From Octopus bimaculoides (taxonomy: Eukaryota): DNA of 64,000 nucleotides. Below the pieces are notes generated by a model. It searched no databases. It was not told the DNA's origin and saw only the letters and a list, made by a program, of their open reading frames with translations. Location of the stretch: NCBI RefSeq assembly GCF_001194135.2, contig NC_068982.1, forward strand, positions 137,581,766 to 137,645,765, in the 5' to 3' direction. Position numbers and translations under genes: made by a program. Positions 37,073-48,630 of the stretch are shown here, piece after piece (position 1 is the stretch's first letter; the number at the start of each line of letters is the position of its first letter).

Positions 37073-37320
37073 CCACAAAAAGCACTAATTCAATAAGCTG
37101 ACGAAAGAGAGGCAGCGAGAAAGCTCCTTACCGTAGTGAGACAAACTCACACAAGAAGTAGCAGATATATCCACTGACGAGAGCTAAGATGAAATGATTC
37201 AAAGTTCAAAATCACGTAATATGGATATATCTCTTACTTCTGTGTGAGTTTGTCTCACTACAGTAAGAAGCTTTCCCATTTCCTCTCTTTCATCAACTTA
37301 TTGAGTTAGTGCCTTTTGAG
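37073..37320 (+). ncRNA. Long hairpin (arms of about 100 bp) with a type-I hammerhead-like motif at its apex
   Basis: 37073-37173 pairs with 37222-37320. The loop reads CTGACGA-gagc..gttc-AAAA-tcacgtaa-T-A, a hammerhead core in exact register with G12 changed to A. Confidence 0.55.
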
Positions 37321-37581
37321 ATTTTTTAACGCTTGTTTCTAACAACGCTGGTACTATTCTGATCCTTGTTTTGTAGTAACATGTGCTTGAAAACATTAAG
37401 AACTGAAAGTGCTTGCACATCTATAAAAGCAAAACCCACACACATTTTGTGAAATCTATTCCCAAAGGTTAGTGTCTTTTGACTTTCGAAAAAGGTTTTT
37501 TTTCTCAATCTTTAGTCTTTGAGAAAAAAATCTTTTCTCCAAATATTATAACTGTATCAAGGAATTTCCAAAACACTCCAA

Positions 37582-37646
<65 letters not shown>

Positions 37647-40189
37647 GGAGCACTCTGTCGGTTCAGTGAAAGGATCAATAGAAAAAGTACCATACTTAAA
37701 AAAACGGTACTTTGGTTGATTTGTTCGACTAAAATTCTTCAAGGCAGTGCCCCAGCATGGCCACAGTCCATTGACTGAAACAATTAAAAGTATAAAAGAT
37801 AGCAGAGGGTAGGAATATTCCAGCAATGAAACCGTGTTCCACATATGAGATCCATGTCAAAGATACAAAGAAGAGAGTCAGCTTGTGTACTGTCAACAAA
37901 CAAAATACAGACACAAATAATAAATGAAAAAATAAAATAAGGATAAAATAAGACAAAAAAAGTAAAATAAACACTTATGGAGAGTAATAAAAGCTGGATT
38001 TTTTTTTGTATTTTTTTTTTTTTACTAAAAATGTTAAGAGCTCAAAGAAAATAAAACTTTTGACTCTGAAAATACCAACTATCTTTAGTAAAAGATAACA
38101 ACCATATCAATTACAGATTAAGGTAACCATAACAACAACAACAGCTACTACTACAACTATTACCACCACCCACCACCACCACCACCATCAACACTACCAC
38201 CACCACTGCTACAGCCGTTGCTGCCACAATAACAACAACACTAAAAATAATGCAAAATAACTTAAGTAGAAAATGTTGATCTTAAGAATAAAATGGAATT
38301 CAACAAAAAAAAAGTTGTTTGAGACAAAATATAATGGAGCAAATTATCTGCTTAACATTCCAAAATTACCCATTTTCTCCTTATAATCCTTGTCTAAATT
38401 AGGTGAGACTAAGCAAAATACTTTAAAAAAAAATTTTATCTGTTCTATTAAGTTTAAGTCAACCATCATCATCATCATCATCATCATCGTTTAATGTCCA
38501 TTTTCCATGCTGGCATGGGTTGGACAGTTTGACAGGGGACTGCACCAGGCTCCAATCTGTTCTGGCAATGTTTCTACAGCTGGATGCCCTTCCTAACGCC
38601 AACCACTCCGAGAGTGTAGTGGGTGCTTTTTATGTGCTACTGGCACAGGAGCCAGTCAGGTGGCACTGGCAATGACCCATGCATGAATGGTGTTTATTGC
38701 GTGCAACCAGCACGGGAGCCAGTCAGGCTCTTGCAATGGCACCACACTTGGATATACCCCCAGAGAAATTCAAAGCATTACCTCATTGGTTGGATAACTT
38801 CCTTCGGGAATATGAGTTCTCTCTAAGAAGATCAACAACCAACCAAGCAGGATGATGTTGAAGTGATTCAACAAGCACTTGCATTCAAGTCCTTCATTGA
38901 GGGCATCAACTTTTCTAATACAATCTCTCCAATGGATGAGACTGCAGTATTTATGGGCCAAGGATCTCAAACAACAGTTGAACCGACAGGTGCCTCATCA
39001 ATGTACCTTGCTTCAACTGGTTACGAAAGTGCAAGAGTTACTTGTATTTTAGCAATTCGTCTTGATGGAACCGCTTATCATCCAAATGGCAAAAAAGAGA
39101 AAATGGAATGAGTTTCGGGCACTTATGTCCTTGAAATGGAAAAGGCTTGGTGCACACAAGCTGTTATAAGAAAATGGGTTGATTTAACTATGCCACTTGT
39201 TAAATTCTACTTGTTTTACGTGCTTCTCAAAGAGGTCTTTTAGTCTGGGATTCGGCCAGTATTCATGGTGCAAAAGCTTCCTTTCTCAAAGAATTTGTAG
39301 CAGAGATACATATTACATAGTAATATGTGAGTTGACCTGCACAGTAGACGAAAATATCGACGAGGTGTCTAGCCTCGCTTTGATATACTAGACTCGTTCT
39401 GAGCTACACTGTAGAAACTCTCAGTTCCTGCCAAGCTTCGGTCAAAGACACATGTCTTCTCTGCAGCTCCATGTGCGACTTGCATATCTATCCACCTCAA
39501 CACAACATATATATGGTTTGTAAACGAAGATATTTTATCACATACACATTCTCAAAATGACTGTTCTCATTATACACATGCATACATACTGTAATACAAA
39601 TATTATGTGTTACTTCTTTCAGTGCAAAAGCAAAAATCAAAACTTTCTTTGTATGTAAACATACGTTTTTGTGTCATACCACATGCTTCCACCACAAAAG
39701 GTGAACACAGAATAAACAATATATTTATACACAAAAATGTCTTATCGTGATTCATATTGACTGTTTTTACATTTAATAACACACACTTAAACAGCCAACG
39801 ATAGCCACTATAAAATGGTGACTCCGGTATAATANNNNNNNNNNNNNNNNNNNNNNNNNNNNNNNNNNNNNNNNNNNNNNNNNNNNNNNNNNNNNNNNNN
39901 NNNNNNNNNNNNNNNNNNNNNNNNNNNNNNNNNNNNNNNNNNNNNNNNNNNNNNNNNNNNNNNNNNNNNNNNNNNNNNNNNNNNNNNNNNNNNNNNNNNN
40001 NNNNNNNNNNNNNNNNNNNNNNNNNNNNNNNNNNNNNNNNNNNNNNNNNNNNNNNNNNNNNNNNNNNNNNNNNNNNNNNNNNNNNNNNNNNNNNNNNNNN
40101 NNNNNNNNNNNNNNNNNNNNNNNNNNNNNNNNNNNNNNNNNNNNNNNNNNNNNNNNNNNNNNNNNNNNNNTTATTACTATTATTAATCA

Positions 40190-40575
40190 GGTCGCTGCCG
40201 TGAATCGAGCTCGGAACCTTGGGGTTAGTAGCCCGCGCTCTTAACCACTACGCCATATGCCTGTGGGCAATTATGGGGTGAATTTTAAGGCTTATAAATC
40301 TATTATTTTTCTATCCTTCCTCAATATTGGTTCCCATATGCTATTCATATCTGCACTCGGTCTGCTTAGGAGGTTGTTGTGTCCTAGTATATGCGCTGCT
40401 TCTTTTAGTTTTCGTTAGGAATGAGAACCCAGGTTCGTAATTTCCCCAAGACACCTGACGAAGGCTGGAGGGTATATCAGCCGAAACGTTGTGTTAATAA
40501 CAAACAAGATGAGGACAAATATCCGTCAAATGTAAATAAGGTTAATAATTCCTCATCTCTTAAATATAGAACTGT
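40190..40575 (-). mobile_element. 5'-truncated Penelope-like element: GIY-YIG C-terminus, tRNA-like segment, and an inverted pseudo-LTR carrying a hammerhead
   Basis: Minus 40414-40292 encodes RKLKEAAHILGHNNLLSRPSADMNSIWEPILRKDRKIIDL*. A tRNA-like A/B-box segment follows at 40261-40190, and the inverted terminal module lies at 40416-40575(+). Confidence 0.75.
40450..40495 (+). ncRNA. Penelope-type minimal type-I hammerhead ribozyme motif, intact
   Basis: GACAC-CTGACGA-a-GGCTG gagggtatat CAGCC-GAAA-CGT-T-GTGTT. Helix I GACAC/GTGTT, helix II GGCTG/CAGCC, palindromic helix III ACGT, predicted GUU cleavage triplet. Confidence 0.7.
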
Positions 40576-42317
40576 AATTCACTTTTGTTCTTGTAGCTGA
40601 ATCAGGCTAAAAATAAATAAATATTTGGGAGTAGGGAAATAGTCAAATGTTCTTTTTTCTTTTGCCTATGTGAATTAATACACCATGCAGAAAGAATGAT
40701 ACACCATGAAGAAAGAAAATTTCAAACCCTCGTCAATGACGAGCACTTTGGCGACTGTAAACCCTTGCAACTTCTGCGCCACATGAAGGAATTGACCCAA
40801 AATGCACCAGCTGATAGTGCTTTATTGAAACAACTATACTTTTCCCCGGTTGCCCTCTAACGTCCAAGCCATCCTAGGCTCTATAGTGAATATTTCGTCT
40901 GCTGCGCAGGTCGATTCACATATTACTATGTAGCTCTGTTACAAATTGACCAGTTAATGATTCCGGCAGGAATGACTTCATATCTACAAACATTAGATTT
41001 TGTAATGAACAAGCCCGTCGAGGGTTATTTACGGATGGAAATGATTGAATATATGGAATACGAAAGGGAGAGAAATCAGTGTGGAAACTTTGTCAAATCC
41101 AACCTCCAAGAAGTCGTGAATTGGGCGAAGAATTCATGGAGTAATGTTACCGACAGTTGCGTTGCCAATGCACTACGAGCAGGGTACTTGGACAAAAAGT
41201 GTTCGTTTAAGGAAAGTTATATTGCCAAACATGAGAGATTGGGGTCCATGATTCTACAGGAAGTGGATTTGCAAAAAATTCACTCCGAAGTTCTGGGTTT
41301 AATGATTTATGACGAAGTTCCAGAAGAGGACGAAATGTTTGTACTTCCCCACCTGGATGGGAAGCCTGTCCATCACAGGATTACTCCGGCTGCGTGGCTC
41401 GTAAGGCAGCCGATACGTAGGCCTTTCCATCGCACCGGCGGTTCGGCTGCGGCCGTCCGCCGCCGAGGCGTCCGCATTCTCTTTACTCGCTGCCAATCGC
41501 TTCCCTCTCGCTGCTGCTTCTTCCTCTGCTTCTTCTTCTTCTTCTTCTTTCTCGTCCGCCTTGGCCGCCGTGTAACACACACACACATTTGATAATTAAA
41601 AACATGGGTTTCCTTTCACAATTTTATCCTTTTACTCGAGGACATGATACTCTTTTTGTCTTTCTCGGATTTTTTTTCCGCAAAAATATAAGACATCCCC
41701 ACAAAATATGCCCTAAGGCGTTTTTTGGATACGAAATTAATATAAGAGCGGGTCTTATTTTCGGGGAAACACGGAACACGATATATGTAGTTTTGTGGAG
41801 CTATGTTGTATGGCAAGTAAGTCGGTGTAAGGGAGGTAACTCTACGAAGGGACACAATTCTTTTTAACTTTATCATCCAGTGAAATGGGCACCCGAGTCA
41901 GCAGGGTTAGTTCCATATCCCATATAAGCCTTGTGCCTTTAGTAGAAAGGACTATTATTATTATTATTATTATTAAGGTGGCGAGCTGGCAGAATTGTTA
42001 ACTCGCTGGACGAAATGCTTAACGGTATTTCGCCCATCGTTACTTTCTGAGATCAGATTCCGCCGAGGTCGATAGTTTACAGCTAATTCATATGCCATTC
42101 GCTATTCTTAATCTCTCTATTTTACTATGGGAGATGCAGTTGAACGTGTTCATAAAGCGTCGGCCCTATTGTAATGAATTCACTGCTTTCACACTCACAA
42201 AACACCAGGAGGCAAGGAGTGATGGGACTTAACCTACGTGACACAAGCCATTCTAAATCATCATCCTCATTTTAACATCTACTTTTCCATGTTTACATGG
42301 GTCAGCTTTTGTTTCTA

Positions 42318-42546
42318 TTGGGTTGTCCGGAAAGTTCGTGCCGATTTATAGTAGCATACATTTCAACTTATTTGCCATGAAACCACCTCGATTCTGGGAA
42401 GAGGGTATTTTCAAGTTAAAGGAAAGATGGAAACGCATTGTGCAATAAAAATGGTTCATATTTGGTTGATTAAAAATGTAATAGCAAGTATTTATTGACC
42501 TTTTTGTTTCCTTTAAAAATCGGCACGAACTTTCCGGACAACCCAA
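42318..42546. mobile_element. Tc1/mariner MITE
   Basis: TIRs ttgggttgtccggaaagttcgtgccgattt / aaatcggcacgaactttccggacaacccaa with a TA duplication on both sides. Confidence 0.9.
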
Positions 42547-42559
42547 TAAATACCACGAA

Positions 42560-43115
42560 TATACGTGGACTGATCAATAAGTATCCAGACTGTTGCTATA
42601 GTAACGAAACTAAAGCACACAGAATGAAGCTGCTTGGCACAGATTGACCTTGAACTCTTAAGTTTTAACATTCTAGCTCACTTCCACTGTTTGCAGCAGT
42701 GCTTGGAAGGGAGGTGTGTAGCGTGTGATCGTCACATTGACCATGACAGAGAAAGTTGAGCAGAGAATCTACATCAAATTTTGCCAAAAGCTTGGCGATA
42801 CCTGCTCAGAGGCCTATGCAAAGTTTTCAAAAAGTTTCCATTGTTCTCCACACAATCAAGATCTTGTGCAACTGAAACCTGAGTAACCTTTTGGTCAGCT
42901 GGAAGCAGTTTTGGCACAAACTTGGCAGACATGCGTCTCACACAAATCTTCAGTGATAATGGACTGAACTGAACCGTAACTAATCTGCACATCCTCTGAT
43001 AAGTCGCAGTTGGTGATTCAATGATTTGCCCTCACTGTTGCATGCACATCTGCAATGTATTTCTCTTCTGCTGGTTGTGGGTCTCCCAGAACGTTCATCA
43101 ATATCAACATTTTTC
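42560..43115. mobile_element. Mariner transposase remnant with an internal inversion
   Basis: Plus strand from 42743 reads MTEKVEQRIYIKFCQKLG. Minus strand 43110-42830 reads DERSGRPTTS...RRMSAKFVPKLLPADQK. Confidence 0.75.
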
Positions 43116-45576
43116 TGAATTCAAATTCAGCTCAGATCCACTTTGCTTTCATCCTTTTGAGATCGATAAAATAAGTACCAGTTGAACACTGGGGTTGATG
43201 TAATTGACTCACTCCCCCCACCAAATTGCTGGCCTTGTGCCAAAATTCAAACCTAATATTATGTTACCAAATGTTAACTGATAGATGAACAGACTATATC
43301 TTCATCATCATCGTTTAACGTCTGTTTTCCATGCTGGCATGGGTTGGACGGTTCGACTGGGGTCTGGGAAGCTGCACCAGGCCCCAATCTGATCTCGCAG
43401 TGTTTCTACAGCTGGATGCACTTCTTAACACCAACCACTCAGAGAGTGTAGTAAGTGCTTTTTATGTGCCACTGGCACAGGGGCCAGAGGAGCTGGCATC
43501 GACCACAATCAGACAGTGCTTTTTACGTGCCACTAGCATCGGCCACATTTGGATAGTACTTTTTACGTGCTACCGCCACGGGGTCACAACTACAATTTCC
43601 ATTTGATTTGATTTTGATATTGTTGTTGATGTACTTGACTCAATAGATCTCCTCAAGCATGGCATGTTGCCTTAGAATCCAAGGTACTTTTGAGTGGGTT
43701 GGTTATGTGACACTGTAGGTTACAGGACTCACTTTATTTGCCAGGTCTTCTCAGTCACAGCATACCTCCAAAGGTCTCGGTCTTTTGTCATTGCCTCTGT
43801 GAGGATTTATATAAATTTCTTTTACTGGTTACATGTAGTCCTTTAACTGAGGTCATGCGATGGCACTACCATCAAACGTTTTAGTTGTCCAGCTAGGTAG
43901 AAGCAACCACATTCCTTGAATGTGACAATACTGTGGTTTAACTCTGTCATCATCAAATTTCTAACAGAATACCTTGCCTTTCAACTAATGTTTTAATTTT
44001 GTTGGATATAATTAGTAAAATAGCAAATGTCTTCATTAACCCTTTAGCATTCAGATTTCTTTGTCAAACATAATTCTTATTCATTCACATTGTCTTGCTT
44101 TAATCATGCAAGTATCTTCTACAGCACCAGGTCAACTAAAGCCTAAATGGATATAATAAATGAAAACTGAAAGAAGCACATCATGTATATACATACTTGT
44201 GTATATATGTGAAGTGGTTAGTGTTAGGAAGGGCATCCAGCTGAAGAATCTTTACCAAAGCAGAGAACAGAGCCTGGTGCAATCCTCTGGTCTATCAGCT
44301 ATCCTCAGACCAGGGACATGATCTTAAACTGCAACAGAAGGATGTACTTCAGGTTATCACTCTGATGAAGTAAATTCAGGGTTTTCACCATGTTACCATC
44401 CCCTTACGTTGTCTTTCAAGATTTTAAAACCTCTACTTCCTTACAATTTAAATATAAAAGAAGCCTGATGTTTCCCATAGACCCCTTCCAACAGTAGAGA
44501 GGTTACCTTCTATAATACAGCACTGCATTCCGCCCCCACAGGTGTTATTTCAGGTGAGTTGATAATATATTCGCTCTGCATAATCGTCACACTTGCCCTC
44601 CCAATCATTCTTTCTGTGGCCATGCTGGGGCACTGCCTTGAAGAATTTTAGTCAAACGAAATGACCCCAGCACTTATTTTTTATTTTTTAAGTCTGGTAT
44701 TTATTTTATTGGTCTCTTTTACCAAACTGTTAAGTTATGAAGAAGACTGGTTGTCAAGCAGTGGGACTGGGAGCAAAACAGACACAAATACATATGATGG
44801 GCTTCTTTCAGTTTCCATCTACCAAACCCACTCAAAGGGCTTTGATTAATCTCACTCTATAGTAAAAGACTTCTGCCCAAGGTGCCACAGAGTAGGATTG
44901 AACCTGGAACCATGTAGTTGGAAAGCAAAGTTCTTACCACACAGCCACACCTGCACCTATCAATCACTATTTTCTCTCTTATATTCAGCTGTGACGAACA
45001 TCATCATCATCACCTTCTTTTCACTTTCCAACTGGCAAAAACCATGTATCTCTTCTGGAAAACTGTGGTTCCCCTCCTCTCTAGCATCAAGCTGACCCCT
45101 CAATACTAAGTTAAAGGGTCTTGTCTTGTGAGTTACTCGATGACCTCACCAGTGCTAGTGATACACAAAAAAAAGTACCCAATACACACTGTGACATTAT
45201 GAAGGGCATCAAGCTGTAGAACCCACACCGAAGCAGGTATTGAGAGCTTGGTGCAGTCCCCTGGCTCATTATCTCCTGTCAGACTATTAAACTCATGCCA
45301 GTATACATTAAAAAGTAAATTAAATTAGGTAATGATGACGACGATGACATATAGAAGTCGGTAATTCTGAGAACATTAACTATAGTTTCACCAATTTAAC
45401 GAGTTTCTGCAGTGGAAAAAAATCAAGAGGATCTTAAAACCACACACACACACACACACACAACTACATGAATGTCATTAATTACATGACTAAATTTGCA
45501 TTCAATATAATATTCTTTGTTTGTTTTTTTTGTTTTCTTGAGTTACAAAAAATTAATTTACTTCTGTATGGACAAC

Positions 45577-45687
45577 TTTATTTCCGTCACTAATTCCATG
45601 AACATCAAACGAGGGGAAGAAAATGGAAAAAAAGATGAAACAATTTTAAAAATTAAAACAAGTAAAAAAGTCGAAAATGATTTTATT
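45577..45687 (-). terminator. Candidate polyadenylation signals (AATAAA on minus strand) of the ZC3H15 3' UTR
   Basis: TTTATT on the plus strand at 45577-45582 and 45682-45687, about 0.5 kb past the stop codon. The second is followed by a U-rich tract in transcript sense. There is no transcript evidence. Confidence 0.3.
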
Positions 45688-46167
45688 GAATGCAAATATA
45701 GTTTATAGATTTAATGAAATCCATCTAGTGTTTTTCTTACACACATACACAAGATATTCAGGAGTTACACACACACACACATACAAGATATTCATATACG
45801 TACTTGCATACACATAAGATATTCATGTATAAAAACTTACACACACGCACACACATTTACCAAAATTTTGCATATTATATTATACAGTGCTGGATCTTGT
45901 CTTGGTGGTCTCTGCTGACAGAGCAATAAGATGGTGCCATACCAGACTCTACGGCAATATCTCTTGGGATACAATTTATCACTTTATTTTGAACCAAACA
46001 TTCAGATTTTTGTCTTATGAGTCTAGGTTCAAGAGGGGTTTAGGTCTAGAGAGAGAGAGAGAGACGGAAAGAGAAGAAAGAGAAAGAGAATGAAAAAGAG
46101 GCAGGGGGACAGGGATGGGGGTGGAAGAAGGGAGGAGGAGGATCAGTTATCAAATAACATCTCTGCA

Positions 46168-46313
46168 TCAATCTTCAATTTCTAATGTGTCTAAGTCTTC
46201 GTCAAGTTGGTCAAGATCTTCAGCATCAAACAAGTCTTCATCAATTTGTACATTTGCATCTTCCTCACCATTGAGTTCTGAAAGGGCAGTTGCTTCAGAC
46301 AGCTTGTTTTCTT
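46168..46313 (-). CDS. ZC3H15: ZC3H15 terminal coding exon: EENKLSEATALSELNGEEDANVQIDEDLFDAEDLDQLDEDLDTLEIED*
   Basis: ttattag acceptor, phase 1, TGA at 46168-46170. Acidic C-terminus matches human ENKLSEA...[25 protein letters not shown]. Confidence 0.95.
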
Positions 46314-46561
46314 CTAATAAAACAATTAAAATAAAAAAAAAGAGGTAAAAATAACAGTAAAAAACACTGACAATCAATTTTGATGGAAATAAAATATGAA
46401 GAAAAAAAAGAACATAGATGCAGGAGTAGCTTGTTTACCAACCACATGGTTCCAGGTTCATTCCCACTGCGTGGCATCTTGAGCAAGTTTCTTCTACTAT
46501 AGCCTCGGGCCGACCAAAGCCTCGAGTGGATTTGGTAGACGAAAACCGAAAGAAGCCCGTC

Positions 46562-46615
<54 letters not shown>

Positions 46616-47718
46616 TTGTGTTTCTGTGTTTGTCCCCCACCATCACTTGACAACCGATGGTGTTGTGTTTACGTCCCCGCCACTTAGCAGTTTGGAAAAA
46701 GAGACTGATAGAATAAGTACTAGGCTTACAAAGAATAAGTCCTGGGGTCGATTTCTTCGACAAAAGGTGGAGCTCCAGCATGGCCGCAGTCAAATGACTG
46801 AAACACGTAAAAGAGTAACATTTGCAAGGAAGGACACCTGGCTGTAAAAATCCTGCCAAAACAGTTACAGAAGAGTCTGGTGCAGGCTTCTGCCTGGCTG
46901 GATCTTGTCAAGCCATTCCACCCAGACATTAAGTGATGATGATGATGATGTACATATATATTCTTTTATTTGTTTCAGTCATTTGACAGCAGCCATGCTG
47001 GAGCACCGCCTTTAGTCGAACAAATTGACCTCAAGACTTATTCTTTTGAAGCCTAGCACTTATTCTAACGGTCTCTTTTGCCGAACCGCTAAGTTACGGA
47101 GACATAACACACCAACATCAGTTGTCAAGCGATGGTGGGGGGACAAACACAGACACACAAATATATTATATATATCAATGATGATGATATACATACATAC
47201 ATATATATATATGTATGATGGGCTTCTTTCATTTTCCATCTACCAAATACACTCAGAAGGCTTTGGTCAGCCTGAGGCTGTAGTAGAAGACACTTGCCCA
47301 ATGTGCCATGCAGTGGGACTGAACTCAGAACTGTGTGGTCGGAAAGCAAGTTACTTAGCACACAGCCACTCCTACGCCTATATAAACATGAATAAAAACA
47401 GAGAAAAATAAAGACGGGATGGTCACGGTTGGAATGTCTGATCATAAATGCTCAGTCAGAACTCACCTGAGGATAAACAATAATCAGTACAATTTGTTGT
47501 TAAGTTCAATGACACATTGTATCAAGTTTAACCAGGTTATGTCAAAATGACACTGACAGAGGCATATCTTTACATATCACAGAAATATGCAAATAGCTTT
47601 GAAAATGGAGATTTTTTTTTTAACATAAAAGTGGGAGAATCAAGCAAAAGTCTGGTTACTTTAAGTCAATTAGCAAAAGCCTAGAACATACCACCATCAT
47701 TGGCATTAGTTTCTAGAC

Positions 47719-48630
47719 CAGTGGTTCCCAACCTGAGGTCTGCAGAGGTAGTACTAGGGGCCCATGAACTAAATTCAAGCACCATTTGAGCGTTGTGGCT
47801 GATGCCAGTGTCACCTGACTGACTCCCATGCCAGTGGCATGTAAAAAGCACCATTCGAGCATGGCCGATGCTAGTGCCGCCTGACTGGCACCTGTGCTGG
47901 TGGCACATAAAAAGCACCATTTGAGTATTGTCAATGCTAGTGCCGCCTGACTGGCACCTGTACTGGTGGCACATAAAAAGCACCATTTGAGCATGGTCAA
48001 TGCTAGTGTCGCCTGACTGGCACCTGTACTGGTGGCACATAAAAAGCACCATTTGAGCATGGTCAATGCCNNNNNNNNNNNNNNNNNNNNNNNNNNNNNN
48101 NNNNNNNNNNNNNNNNNNNNNNNNNNNNNNNNNNNNNNNNNNNNNNNNNNNNNNNNNNNNNNNNNNNNNNNNNNNNNNNNNNNNNNNNNNNNNNNNNNNN
48201 NNNNNNNNNNNNCCGCCTGACTGGCACCTGTACTGGTGGCACATAAAAAGCACCATTTGAGCATGGTCAATGCCAGTGCTGCCTGACTAGCATGTAAAAA
48301 GCACCATTTAAGTGTGACCGATGCCAGTACCGCCCGACTGGCTCCCATGCTGGTGGCACTTAAAAAACCACCCATTACACTCTCAGAGTGGTTGGTGTTA
48401 GGAAGGGCAACTAGCTGTAGAAAGCTTGCCAGATCAGATTGGAGCCTGATGCAGCCTCCTGGCTTGCCAGTTCCCAGTTAAACGGTCCAACCCATGCCAG
48501 CATGGAAAGCGGACATTCAACAACGACGCCAATAGATGTATACATAAGGATAAGCATATTAAAAGGGGTCCACAAGAAAACTCATTTAAATAAAAGGGGT
48601 CCTTGGTAGTGAAAAGGTTGGGAACCACTG
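47719..48630. mobile_element. hAT (Charlie-like) MITE with a nested family-B SINE containing a 66-bp tandem array
   Basis: TIRs cagtggttcccaacct / aggttgggaaccactg and an 8-bp TSD ttctagac/acctagac. The 66-bp units start at 47849, 47915, 47981 and 48047 and continue across the gap. Confidence 0.8.

Larger units (their letters stand above)
38780..41774 (+). mobile_element. Fragmented pogo/Tigger-like DDE transposon with several nested insertions
   Basis: MDETAVF..TTV..GYESARVTCILAIRLDG (38.93-39.07 kb), RGLLVWDSASIH (39.23-39.27 kb) and MIPAGMTSYLQTLDFVMNKP (40957 onward). Right TIR ggtcttattttcggggaaacacgg at 41751-41774. Confidence 0.75.

Noticed and set aside
40190-40261. tRNA gene (also 56517-56590, 30836-30890 and SINE heads)
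   Set aside because: A/B boxes are present but no 7-bp acceptor stem forms, and each is embedded in a repeat, so these are tRNA-derived segments.
47681-48375. 191-aa and 220-aa repetitive ORFs, and a CRISPR-like appearance
   Set aside because: They arise from a 66-bp (22-codon) tandem array inside a SINE. There are no unique spacers or cas genes, and the context is eukaryotic.
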